From an archaeon (GTDB lineage Archaea; Nanobdellota; Nanobdellia; Pacearchaeales; GW2011-AR1), in assembly GCA_030636025.1 (NCBI GenBank), contig DAOVXQ010000001.1, positions 96,809 through 160,808 of the forward strand: a stretch of 64,000 nucleotides of DNA, given 5' to 3'. Below, in pieces: positions 8,239 through 16,815 of the stretch (the stretch's first letter is position 1; each line of letters begins with the position of its first letter). The position numbers were made by a program, and so were the translations under genes. The notes under the pieces are model-generated. The model ran no database searches. It was not told the origin of the DNA and saw nothing but the letters and a program-made list of their open reading frames with translations.

Positions 8239-8253
8239 CAATCTTTATAAATA
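8239..8253 (+). promoter_or_regulatory. BRE/TATA-like promoter 'caatctttataaata' of tRNA-Pro
   Basis: Centre is about 28 nt upstream of tRNA position 1 (8275). Confidence 0.55.
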
Positions 8254-8274
8254 CAAAAATTTTATTAAAATTAA

Positions 8275-8348
8275 GGGGATGTAGTCCAGCCTGGCTAAGA
8301 CTCGAGCTTTGGGAGTTCGCAACCCCAGTTCAAATCTGGGCATCCCCA
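8275..8348 (+). tRNA. tRNA-Pro (anticodon UGG)
   Basis: A manual cloverleaf fits. The acceptor stem is GGGGATG/CATCCCC. The anticodon stem is CGAGC/GTTCG with loop TTTGGGA. The T arm is CCCAG-TTCAAAT-CTGGG. G is at position 37, and no CCA is encoded. Confidence 0.85.
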
Positions 8349-8355
8349 TTTAATA

Positions 8356-8553
8356 ATGGAAAAAATATTGAACCAATTTGTTAAAAAACTTGAAAAAGAT
8401 AATATCCCTTGTTTTATATTTATGATTAAAGATAAGAAAGACAAACCAAAATTTATAGAGGTGATAGTGAAAAGACCATACAGATATACAAAACCAGAGC
8501 TAATCAAAAAAATTCCAAAAACTTATAAAGGAATAAAAATTAAAGCAATTTAA
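8356..8553 (+). CDS. Hypothetical small basic protein
   Basis: 65-aa ORF starting 8 nt after the tRNA and ending 4 nt before rpl37ae. Confidence 0.35.
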   Translation: MEKILNQFVKKLEKDNIPCFIFMIKDKKDKPKFIEVIVKRPYRYTKPELIKKIPKTYKGIKIKAI

Positions 8554-8557
8554 TAAC

Positions 8558-8776
8558 ATGAGAACAAAAAAAGTTAAATCAGCAGGAAGATTCGGTGCAA
8601 GATATGGTCGTAGAGTTAAAACCAAAATCGCAGACATAGAATCAAGGCAAAGAAAAAAACAAGATTGTTTATTTTGCAACGGGGCTGCAAAAAGATTATC
8701 CACAGGAATATGGCAATGCAATAAATGCAAAAAGAAATTCGCATCTCACGCATACTACTTACCTAAAAAAGAATAA
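8558..8776 (+). CDS. rpl37ae: Ribosomal protein eL43 (L37Ae)
   Basis: KKVKSAGRFGARYG followed by a CxxC...CxxC zinc ribbon (CLFCNG...WQCNKCKKKF). Confidence 0.9.
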   Translation: MRTKKVKSAGRFGARYGRRVKTKIADIESRQRKKQDCLFCNGAAKRLSTGIWQCNKCKKKFASHAYYLPKKE

Positions 8777-8806
8777 ATTTAAAAAACCTTAAAATCAATA
8801 AATAAA

Positions 8807-8944
8807 ATGGCAACATACAAATGTTTCAAATGCGGAAAAAAAGTAACAACTAATGTTCTGCAAAAAAGATTTATCTGCACTGGCTGTGGTGCTATAATCT
8901 TTTACAAACCAAGAAAATATGTTGCTAAAATAAAAGCAGTTTAA
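8807..8944 (+). CDS. rpoP: RNA polymerase subunit Rpo12/RpoP (45 aa), not in ORF track
   Basis: My translation is MATYKCFKCGKKVTTNVLQKRFICTGCGAIIFYKPRKYVAKIKAV. It has a zinc ribbon and sits in the conserved position after eL43. Confidence 0.75.
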   Translation: MATYKCFKCGKKVTTNVLQKRFICTGCGAIIFYKPRKYVAKIKAV

Positions 8945-8952
8945 TCATTCTC

Positions 8953-9285
8953 ATGAAAAACATAGACAAAGAAACACAGGAAAAAATTCAAGAATTACAG
9001 GCAGGAGAACAAACAATCCAGCAAATGCTAATGCAAAAACAGGCCTTCCAAATGGAATTATCTGAAACAGAAAACGCACTGTCAGAAATCGCAAAATCAA
9101 AAGACGATGTTTTTAAAATAATCGGACAGATAATGATTAAATCAAAAAAAGAAACTATTGAACAAGAACTAAAAAAGAAAAAAGAATTACTTTCATTACG
9201 GCTTCAGTCAATGGAAAAACAAGAAGAAACCCTGACAGAACAATCAAACAAATTAAGAGAAGAAATCATGAAAAAGATTAAATAA
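8953..9285 (+). CDS. pfdB: Prefoldin beta subunit
   Basis: 110-aa coiled-coil/beta-hairpin/coiled-coil layout. It sits in the conserved eL43-rpoP-pfdB position. Confidence 0.8.
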   Translation: MKNIDKETQEKIQELQAGEQTIQQMLMQKQAFQMELSETENALSEIAKSKDDVFKIIGQIMIKSKKETIEQELKKKKELLSLRLQSMEKQEETLTEQSNKLREEIMKKIK

Positions 9286-9315
9286 TGTCATTGAATTTCT
9301 CCAATTAAACCACAG

Positions 9316-9330
9316 AAATCTTTATAAACT
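9316..9330 (+). promoter_or_regulatory. BRE/TATA-like promoter 'aaatctttataaact' of sepF
   Basis: Ends about 21 nt before the ATG at 9351 and matches the recurrent consensus. Confidence 0.5.
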
Positions 9331-9350
9331 TGAGTCAATAATTTTTATTT

Positions 9351-9743
9351 ATGGTATTTGATAGATTAAAAAAGACATTTTCAGGTGCATTAGGTGAGGC
9401 AGAACCAGATTACATTGAAATTGATTTAGGAAGAGAAGTTAAAAAAGCCAAGGTCATGGTGAGGCCATTTGTTTTGCGAAGTTTCGAGGATGTAACCCCG
9501 ATTTTAAATTCATTAAGAGAAGGATATACAATTGCAGTCATCGACATAAAACCAATAAAATCAAAAGACATTATTGAATTAAAAAGGGCAATTTCAAAAA
9601 TCAAAAAAACCGCCGACGCATTAGAAGGGAGCATTGCAGGTTTTGGCGAAAGCATAATAATTGTAACTCCGCAATTTGCAGATATTTACAAATCTCCTGT
9701 TAGCAAACCATCAAATTCTGCAAATAAGATTATTGGGGGGTAA
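9351..9743 (+). CDS. sepF: Cell division protein SepF (archaeal FtsZ anchor, DUF552)
   Basis: The N-terminus MVFDRLKKTFSG looks like a membrane-targeting helix. The core is VRPFVLRSFEDVTPILNSLREGYTIAVIDI. Confidence 0.75.
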   Translation: MVFDRLKKTFSGALGEAEPDYIEIDLGREVKKAKVMVRPFVLRSFEDVTPILNSLREGYTIAVIDIKPIKSKDIIELKRAISKIKKTADALEGSIAGFGESIIIVTPQFADIYKSPVSKPSNSANKIIGG

Positions 9744-9860
9744 AAAAATCTTCCAAGAATTTTTTTAACTAATTTCTAATAATTTTTTATATCTTATGAT
9801 AACTTCTTAATCTACTCATCTCAAAAACTCTCCAAATTTACAAATATAAATATTAGTCGT

Positions 9861-9888
9861 ATTTGGGTTAGCCTATGGCTTCCCAAAT
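9861..9888 (+). repeat. Conserved hairpin family, member a
   Basis: atttggg-TTAGCCtatGGCTT-cccaaat. It lies 8-10 nt downstream of the TATA-like 'atataaatatt'. Confidence 0.6.
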
Positions 9889-9935
9889 TCCAAAAAATCC
9901 GCAAACCCTAAAAACCCTTTTCCCCACATATTTCT

Positions 9936-10640
9936 ATGAAAGAATACTTGAAGAGTCTATTAAAAGAGAAGGTTACGGAAGGAAACCGCAAGATGTCCTT
10001 GCTATTCATCCCATCAAAACTAAAAAACCTAAAATCTAACCTTCCAAATTCAGAGATAGCCAAATTACCTGAAAAAATTTTCTTAGCTTATTCTATTCAA
10101 TACAAGGAACTTGCCTATAATATAGCTGAACAATTAAAAAAACAAAAAATCCATGTCCAGAAGATACAGCAAGTTCTTGGTTGCACAAAACTAAACACAA
10201 AGCTTCCCGTATTATTAATCGGGCAAGGCAGATTTCACGCAATTAACCTTTATTTGCAATCTCCTATTATATATAAGCTTGAAAACAACAAAATAATTCA
10301 AATTCCCCAAAAAGAAATACAAACAATAAAAACAAAAAGAAAAACAGCCCTTATGAAATTCTTAAATGCAAAAACAATTGGAATCTTAGTTTCAACAAAA
10401 CCAGGGCAACAATTTCAAGGGAAAGTTAAGCGAAGAAAACCGTTAGGTTGTCTTGGCCATGCCATCAAACTAAAAAACAAACTCAAAAAACAAAACAAAC
10501 AAGTTTATGTTTTTCTTTCTAATAATATAGGCATAAATCAATTTGAAAATTTTAAAATAGATTCGTGGGTAAACACAGCTTGTTCTGGGTTGGCTTTAGA
10601 CAATCCAAAAATAATAAACTTCTCAGAATTAATTAAATAA
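9936..10640 (+). CDS. dph2: Short Dph2-like protein (diphthamide synthesis, 2-(3-amino-3-carboxypropyl)histidine synthase family)
   Basis: Motifs LLIGQGRFHAINL, GILVSTKPGQQ and VNTACSGLAL. At 234 aa it is shorter than typical Dph2. The true start may be the Met at residue 20. Confidence 0.55.
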   Translation: MKEYLKSLLKEKVTEGNRKMSLLFIPSKLKNLKSNLPNSEIAKLPEKIFLAYSIQYKELAYNIAEQLKKQKIHVQKIQQVLGCTKLNTKLPVLLIGQGRFHAINLYLQSPIIYKLENNKIIQIPQKEIQTIKTKRKTALMKFLNAKTIGILVSTKPGQQFQGKVKRRKPLGCLGHAIKLKNKLKKQNKQVYVFLSNNIGINQFENFKIDSWVNTACSGLALDNPKIINFSELIK

Positions 10641-10672
10641 TAAATAAAAACAATAAAAAAATAAAAACAAAA

Positions 10673-11026
10673 CTATTCTTTAGAAATCTGGAACATTGCT
10701 TTTAATGCCACGATTATTACTGCAGGTATGAATAATACCAACAAGGCATTAAGAATTGCTCCGATTTGAGGTATGATTGATAATGTTGTCTGTCCAAAGA
10801 AAGACACAACAACTAATACTGCTCCTGCCAACAAAAATCCAGAACCCTCCTTAACATTAACATTCAATAAACCTACAATTATTCCTAATACAATCAGCAC
10901 AAAGAGAATTATTTTATATGTTTCTGCTCCCAAATAACTGCTAAACAATCCGATTGCAATAGCCAAAAGCACACCGATTAAAAATCCCCAAGCACCAATT
11001 AAATTCTTTGATTTTTTCTTAACCAT
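10673..11026 (-). CDS. Small integral membrane protein (4 TM)
   Basis: GGAGG lies 5-9 nt upstream of the internal ATG (MVKKKSK...). The rest of the protein is hydrophobic. Confidence 0.5.
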   Translation of the reverse strand: MVKKKSKNLIGAWGFLIGVLLAIAIGLFSSYLGAETYKIILFVLIVLGIIVGLLNVNVKEGSGFLLAGAVLVVVSFFGQTTLSIIPQIGAILNALLVLFIPAVIIVALKAMFQISKE

Positions 11027-11194
11027 TTTACCTCCTTTCACCTAAAAACATTAACCAAAACATTTTTATAAATGTTTTGTTTTGAAATTATCGAGGGGAA
11101 AACACAAACCAACAACAAAAAATATAAATTTTATTATATATTTTAAGAAACAGCAAACTTTATAAAGGTGTCATAACTCGAAAATTGTAACAAA

Positions 11195-13078
11195 ATGAAA
11201 TCAAAAATATTCACATTATTTTTATTGACTACAATTCTATTATCAGTTGGGATGATTAGTGCTGTAAGTTTAGCTGAATGGAGTTTTGAAGCTGAAAATT
11301 TAAACCCGTCAGTAGATATTACTTCAAGTGCATCATTAGCAGTAAACACTGATGGAACCATATCTTATATTGCTGGAAATGACCCATCACCATTGAAAGC
11401 TTTAAATTCTAATAATTGGAATTTAGAGGATAATTTTGAGATAAGTATTGATACGACAAGTTATGAAGATTTAATTTTAATTTTTGATAGTAAAGCATCA
11501 TCAACAGGTCCTACTGAGTTTAAAATACAATATAGTTCTGATGGAACAACTTTTGTTGATTTATCTGGAAGCACTACTTCAATATCTAACACATTTACTG
11601 AAAATCCAATGCACACATTTGACATTTCAAGTATAACTGCGATAGATAATAATGCGAATGTAAAAATTAAAATAGTTTCTGACGAAGCAGGGAGTGGTTC
11701 TGGCACATTTACAATAGATAATTTAAAAATTGAAGCGACAGAATCAACTACAACAACAGAAGATTCTTTCTGTTCAATTCCAAATATGGAAGGAGATTTA
11801 AGAATAAAAAAAGTTAAAATAGTTAATCATGGTCCAAGTAATGATGGAGAAGATGAAAAATGGTTCCCATTAGACAGAATAACTGTTCAAGTAGAACTTG
11901 AAAATGATGGAGAAGTAGAAATAGAAGACATGGTTTTCCAATTAGGATTATTTGAAAAAGATTCAACTACAGATATCGCAGAAGATATGTTCTGGATAAG
12001 TGATGATGACGAAGAAATAGAAATCGGAGATATAGAAGAACATGGAGAAGATGATGAATTAGAACACACTTTTGAATTTAGAGTAAACCCTGAAGACTTA
12101 GAAGAAGGAAATTATGTTCTTAAAATCAAAATATATTCAGATGATTTAGGTGAGGATAATGCTTGCATAGATTATGCAGATGATTTAACAGATTTCGGAA
12201 CTTCTGAATTTTATGCAGAAATAGATATTGATAAAGAAGAAGAAGACGAGGGAAGAGCAGTTGTTGTTGATACTAAGAAATTACCTCCAATACTTGAAGC
12301 AGGATGCAATGACGAGGTTTTATTGGACTTAGATGTATGGAACATTGGCGATGCAGACCAGGACCAAGTTAAAGTAACACTATACAACTCAGAATTAGGA
12401 ATAGACATGGAATACACAATCAGAGAAAGCATGGACATGGGCGATGATAAAGAAGAAGTAGATTTCAATTTTATAATCCCAAAAGATGCAGAAGAAAAAA
12501 CTTACACTTTAGAATTAAGAACACTTTATGATTACGATGACGACGATGATTTATACGACGAACAATCAGATGTCTTTTTAGTATTCCTTAGAGTAGAAGG
12601 AAACTGCAGACCAGAAGTTTCAGATGCAGTGATAATTGCCGAATTAGACCCAGAAACACCTGAAGCAATCGCAGGAAAACAAGTTATAATCCGAACAACT
12701 ATTACAAACCCTGGAGATGCAGAAGCAACTTACTCTATTTCAATAGAAGGCAACAGTGCTTGGTCAAGTTTAGGTGCAATCGACCCGCAAACAATCACAT
12801 TAACAGCAGGAGCATCACAAGATGTAAGCATTTACCTTAACCTAAACACTGATGCAGAAGGAGAAAAAGAATTCACAATAAAAGCAACATCTATCGAAGG
12901 TTCTGTTAAAGAACAAAAAGTAGCACTAACAATTAAAAAAGGATTATCTCAGGACAAAGTTGTAGAACACATAAAAAACAACTGGTTCATTTACGCAATA
13001 GTTATAATCAATTTAATTTTAATCATAGCAATAATTTCTGTTGTTAAAAGAATAGCAGGAAAGCCAATTGCTATGTAA
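11195..13078 (+). CDS. Acidic cell-surface protein with signal peptide and C-terminal TM anchor
   Basis: N-terminal signal MKSKIFTLFLLTTILLSVGMISA. Asp/Glu-rich repeats with a beta-sandwich-like pattern. The C-terminus is NNWFIYAIVIINLILIIAIISVVKR. Confidence 0.6.
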   Translation: MKSKIFTLFLLTTILLSVGMISAVSLAEWSFEAENLNPSVDITSSASLAVNTDGTISYIAGNDPSPLKALNSNNWNLEDNFEISIDTTSYEDLILIFDSKASSTGPTEFKIQYSSDGTTFVDLSGSTTSISNTFTENPMHTFDISSITAIDNNANVKIKIVSDEAGSGSGTFTIDNLKIEATESTTTTEDSFCSIPNMEGDLRIKKVKIVNHGPSNDGEDEKWFPLDRITVQVELENDGEVEIEDMVFQLGLFEKDSTTDIAEDMFWISDDDEEIEIGDIEEHGEDDELEHTFEFRVNPEDLEEGNYVLKIKIYSDDLGEDNACIDYADDLTDFGTSEFYAEIDIDKEEEDEGRAVVVDTKKLPPILEAGCNDEVLLDLDVWNIGDADQDQVKVTLYNSELGIDMEYTIRESMDMGDDKEEVDFNFIIPKDAEEKTYTLELRTLYDYDDDDDLYDEQSDVFLVFLRVEGNCRPEVSDAVIIAELDPETPEAIAGKQVIIRTTITNPGDAEATYSISIEGNSAWSSLGAIDPQTITLTAGASQDVSIYLNLNTDAEGEKEFTIKATSIEGSVKEQKVALTIKKGLSQDKVVEHIKNNWFIYAIVIINLILIIAIISVVKRIAGKPIAM

Positions 13079-13088
13079 TTTTATTTAA

Positions 13089-13718
13089 TTATTTAATTAA
13101 TTTTAATTTTCTCATTATCTTAAAACCAATCTTATGTTTTTCTTCAACTAAAACTATCAAGTAACCAATCATATATCCAATCACTGCCCCTATTAAAACA
13201 TCAGACAAATAATGAACTCCAAAATAAATCCTTGAGCACGCAACCAAAAGGGCAAAAACAAGCCAGATATATTTGAATTTCTTGAATTCTTTATTAAGAA
13301 TTGGCAAGGCAGAAAATACAAGAACTGCCTGAAAACTTGGAAATGAAAAATTCCAAGTATTAAAATTATCTTTCATAAAATGAAAAGCGATTTGCAAAAC
13401 AGAAATTGATTCAGCTTGAAACGGCCTCGGTCTTGCAACAAAAACCTTAAGCAGATAACTAATTCCAACAGCCATAAAACTCGTCAACCACAACGGCAGC
13501 ACCCACCTTCTTTTATTTTCATTCCATAAAAATAAACTCGTCAAAAAAAAGAAAATAATAAACACATTACTGGCAAAAGTCACACTCAAAAAAACATAAT
13601 CCAAAAAATCATTCCTCAACAAACTTATAAATTTTATAATTCCTGAGTCATATAAAAAACTAATCCCTGCAAGAATAATTCCCATCAGCAAAATCACAAT
13701 AATATCTCTCTTTTTCAT
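13089..13718 (-). CDS. PAP2-family lipid phosphatase (polyprenyl-diphosphate phosphatase-like)
   Basis: PAP2 motifs KVFVARPRP, SFPS and SRIYFGVHYLSDV. About 6 TM helices. Confidence 0.8.
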   Translation of the reverse strand: MKKRDIIVILLMGIILAGISFLYDSGIIKFISLLRNDFLDYVFLSVTFASNVFIIFFFLTSLFLWNENKRRWVLPLWLTSFMAVGISYLLKVFVARPRPFQAESISVLQIAFHFMKDNFNTWNFSFPSFQAVLVFSALPILNKEFKKFKYIWLVFALLVACSRIYFGVHYLSDVLIGAVIGYMIGYLIVLVEEKHKIGFKIMRKLKLIK

Positions 13719-13766
13719 AATTTACATTAGGATTAATTATTTAAATAAGTTTCTTTTCTTATTTTA

Positions 13767-14456
13767 ATGAAAAAAAACACAAATTTAAAATTTATCAAGA
13801 TATTAGCAGGCATAATTTTAATTTTTCTTGGAATAATCGGCCTATTTTTACCATTGATTCCCGGAACAGTATTAATTATTTTTGGAATTATTTTTTTGAC
13901 AAACAAAGAATTCATAGATTATTTAAAAAAATCAGCAAGAAAAAACAAAAAAATAATCTTAATAACACTAAGATACATTATTTTATTAATTTTAGCCGTA
14001 TCATTATTTTTATTTTATAAAGTCCTAACCCCATTAACAGTTTATTCAACAGCATATTTCTTAAAATTATTTTATTCAGTTTCAATCCTAAAAGATTTAA
14101 TTATAGTAAATTCAAAAACTTTTATCCAGATAATTCCTGCATGCGTCGCTGGTTCTGCCTATCTGTTTTTATTAATATTAAATTTACTAACCCCAATGAA
14201 GCCAAAACAAAGAATCTATTCAATTCTATTTTCAATCTCCTTGCTTTTCATAATCAACCTCTTAAGAATTATAACCCTTTCTTTTTTCGTTATTCATGAT
14301 TCACAATTCTTTGATTTCACCCATAAATTATTCTGGTATTTGTTAAGCACAGTTTTTATCGTCGGAATTTGGCTTTTAACAATAAAACTTTTTAAAATAA
14401 AAAACATCCCCGCACACACAGATATAAAATATTTAATAAAAAACATTAAAAAATAA
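13767..14456 (+). CDS. Exosortase/archaeosortase-family-like membrane protein with extra N-terminal 2-TM module
   Basis: Ordered candidate catalytic residues in TM context: IIPACVAGSAY (Cys), NLLRIITLS (Arg) and FDFTHKLFWY (His). The N-terminus PLIPGTVLIIFGIIFL resembles DUF454/YbaN. Confidence 0.45.
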   Translation: MKKNTNLKFIKILAGIILIFLGIIGLFLPLIPGTVLIIFGIIFLTNKEFIDYLKKSARKNKKIILITLRYIILLILAVSLFLFYKVLTPLTVYSTAYFLKLFYSVSILKDLIIVNSKTFIQIIPACVAGSAYLFLLILNLLTPMKPKQRIYSILFSISLLFIINLLRIITLSFFVIHDSQFFDFTHKLFWYLLSTVFIVGIWLLTIKLFKIKNIPAHTDIKYLIKNIKK

Positions 14457-15323
14457 TTACTTTCTCTCAACAATACTGACAATTCCAATACCTAAAACAA
14501 GAAAACAAAATATGCCAATAATATTTAATGTTGTAAAAGGCCCATTTATGAAAATTCTTTTTATTGGGATGCCCAATGCTCCAATCACAAGTCCGAAAAG
14601 AAAGTAAAGAGTTTTGCACCGATATTTCTTAAAAAGAAACGAAACAATTCTTGAAATAGTAAATGCACCCAATATAACTCCCAAAGCAAAACCAAAAAAA
14701 TAATTTAAATGCCCTGGAAGGTCTTTTAAAACTTCCAGCATAAATTCATACAACCCCATAATAAGTAATATAAATGCCCCGGAAATTCCAGGCAAAAGCA
14801 TTGCATTAATAGCTAAAAAACCCCCTAAAACAACATAACTAAAATTAGGAATAATAGTCACTGGAATAATAAATGCAAGTAAAATACCAAACATAAAACC
14901 AAAAACACCAAAGACAATTGTTTTAAAATCATGATTTTGAATTTTATTAAAAATTATTTTTGAAGAAGCTAAAATCAAACCAATAAAAAAAGCCATCGTA
15001 TATATAAAATGGCTGTCCAGCAAAAACTTAACAACCCGCGAACCAATTATAATTGCACTTAAAATTCCTGCAATCAATGTCAGCAAAAACATCAAGTCCA
15101 ATTCTTTAAGATTTACCTTTAATTTATCGAGATTTTTTCTTCGTCTTAAAATTCCACCAAAAACAAGATTATAAAATAACTGGGGAGAAACAGCTTTCAC
15201 AGCATTTATCAGTCGTTCATAAATTCCAGTTATAAAAGCAATTGTCCCTCCAGAAATCCCCGGAACCAAGTCGCAAATTCCCATTAAAATTCCCTTCAAA
15301 AATATCAAAATCCCGCCTTTCAT
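14457..15323 (-). CDS. DUF368 membrane protein (PopT-type polyprenyl-phosphate translocase family)
   Basis: Duplicated signature VPGISGGTIAFITGIYERL and LPGISGAFILLIMGLYE. About 8 TM helices. Confidence 0.8.
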   Translation of the reverse strand: MKGGILIFLKGILMGICDLVPGISGGTIAFITGIYERLINAVKAVSPQLFYNLVFGGILRRRKNLDKLKVNLKELDLMFLLTLIAGILSAIIIGSRVVKFLLDSHFIYTMAFFIGLILASSKIIFNKIQNHDFKTIVFGVFGFMFGILLAFIIPVTIIPNFSYVVLGGFLAINAMLLPGISGAFILLIMGLYEFMLEVLKDLPGHLNYFFGFALGVILGAFTISRIVSFLFKKYRCKTLYFLFGLVIGALGIPIKRIFINGPFTTLNIIGIFCFLVLGIGIVSIVERK

Positions 15324-15357
15324 AAATATTATAGAAATTTGTCATTTAAATAATTAC

Positions 15358-16065
15358 TTATTTTTTAACAAAACCTTTCATATAGCCCTTAATAATTTCC
15401 AAAATAAATTTTTCACTAACTTCAATTACCTCACAATCTTTAAATTCCAAGGTATAACAATCAGGACTTGTTTGAATTATTCTTGTTTCATTTCCTTCAA
15501 TTACATTAATTACCGTATTTTTAGGGCTATTAAAACAAGTAATATATGGAAACCCGGTTTCATTTGCAATCTCTTTATCACCCATCGCACTGCTAACATT
15601 CATCAAGGCAAATTGCCTTAAAAAACCAGACAATGTTAATGTCGCGACAATTCCTTCATGACAATTCCTTTCCATTTTGCCTGTAGAAATATAAACAACT
15701 TTATCCCTTGTAAAAATTGGCATCGTCGTTGTTTTTTTCATATTAATCTCTTCATCTAATTTCCGAGGGTCATTTCTAAAATTAATAAAAAAATTCCCAA
15801 CATAATTACCAAACTCATCAGGTTGCCCTGCAGGAATTCTCGTAGAATAATAATCAATTTCTCCTAATTTAGTTTTCTGCCAATCAAGTTTTGCATAAAC
15901 AAATTTCCCTAACTGAACCTTTATAATTGGAACCAAAATAACAACCATAAGAACACTAACCATCAAAATAACCGCCCACATTATCTGCTTATTTTGATTT
16001 TTAGTCAAACCAATTTTTTTAATTTTCTCTTCTTTATTCTCTTCATCCTTTTTTTCATTATCCAT
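15358..16065 (-). CDS. Hypothetical membrane-anchored extracellular protein
   Basis: Charged N-terminus, one TM (IMWAVILMVSVLMVVILVPII), then a Cys-containing ectodomain. Confidence 0.5.
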   Translation of the reverse strand: MDNEKKDEENKEEKIKKIGLTKNQNKQIMWAVILMVSVLMVVILVPIIKVQLGKFVYAKLDWQKTKLGEIDYYSTRIPAGQPDEFGNYVGNFFINFRNDPRKLDEEINMKKTTTMPIFTRDKVVYISTGKMERNCHEGIVATLTLSGFLRQFALMNVSSAMGDKEIANETGFPYITCFNSPKNTVINVIEGNETRIIQTSPDCYTLEFKDCEVIEVSEKFILEIIKGYMKGFVKK

Positions 16066-16132
16066 ATTATGACTTGTAAATTTTAGTTTTTAAATATATC
16101 GGAACTATAAAATGATTTATCGACGACACTTT

Positions 16133-16702
16133 TTATATCCCCAATATCTTAAATAAAAATGCATCTGCATAAATAGTTTGGTTTTCAAAACTTGAACTTA
16201 TAAAAACGCAGTTATCCTCAATATAAATCTCTTCTTGCTCTGACTCTTCAAAAACAACCACATTATCAACAGAGCAATTTTTAATTGGAAAATCTCCCGA
16301 ACAATTTTCATCCAAACACGCTTCCTGAATTCGCAAAACATATTTCCCTAAATTTCTCGCAATCTCATAATTTACCTCAGAAGCCCCCCCAACAAAATAT
16401 AACGGCTCATCCATATAATCATTAATAGACAAATAACTAAAAAAAGAAACATTCGCAGTTTCTTCAGGATTATATTTTGTAACAAATTCCTGATTGCTAA
16501 TCATAAATCTCCATTCACCAGAACTATCTTGCTCAAAATTTATACCTTTATATTCAATTTTCTTAGAATCTCCCTCACTCCGATTTCCAACTGCAAATCC
16601 AATTGTGCTAAATAACATAACCACTATCAAAATCCCCCCGATAATTAACTGATTTTTCTTATCCTTTTTAGATTGTTTATCTCGAGTTATTATTTTTTTC
16701 AT
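16133..16702 (-). CDS. Hypothetical membrane-anchored extracellular protein
   Basis: One N-terminal TM (LIIGGILIVVMLFSTIGFAV) and an ectodomain with paired cysteines. It lies directly downstream of the S-layer gene. Confidence 0.5.
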   Translation of the reverse strand: MKKIITRDKQSKKDKKNQLIIGGILIVVMLFSTIGFAVGNRSEGDSKKIEYKGINFEQDSSGEWRFMISNQEFVTKYNPEETANVSFFSYLSINDYMDEPLYFVGGASEVNYEIARNLGKYVLRIQEACLDENCSGDFPIKNCSVDNVVVFEESEQEEIYIEDNCVFISSSFENQTIYADAFLFKILGI

Positions 16703-16815
16703 ATTAAATAAAAAGAGTTTTAGTTTAAATATTTTGTTCTTACAAAATATTTAACAATTAAAGCTATCGCTTAACAATAAAAACAAAAAAGAAAAAAAAG
16801 AAAAAAATAAAAACC

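Noticed and set aside
8181-8384. 67-aa ORF (and 8295-8507 on the minus strand) spanning the tRNA
   Set aside because: It overlaps a well-formed tRNA-Pro and the hairpin, so it is a chance ORF.
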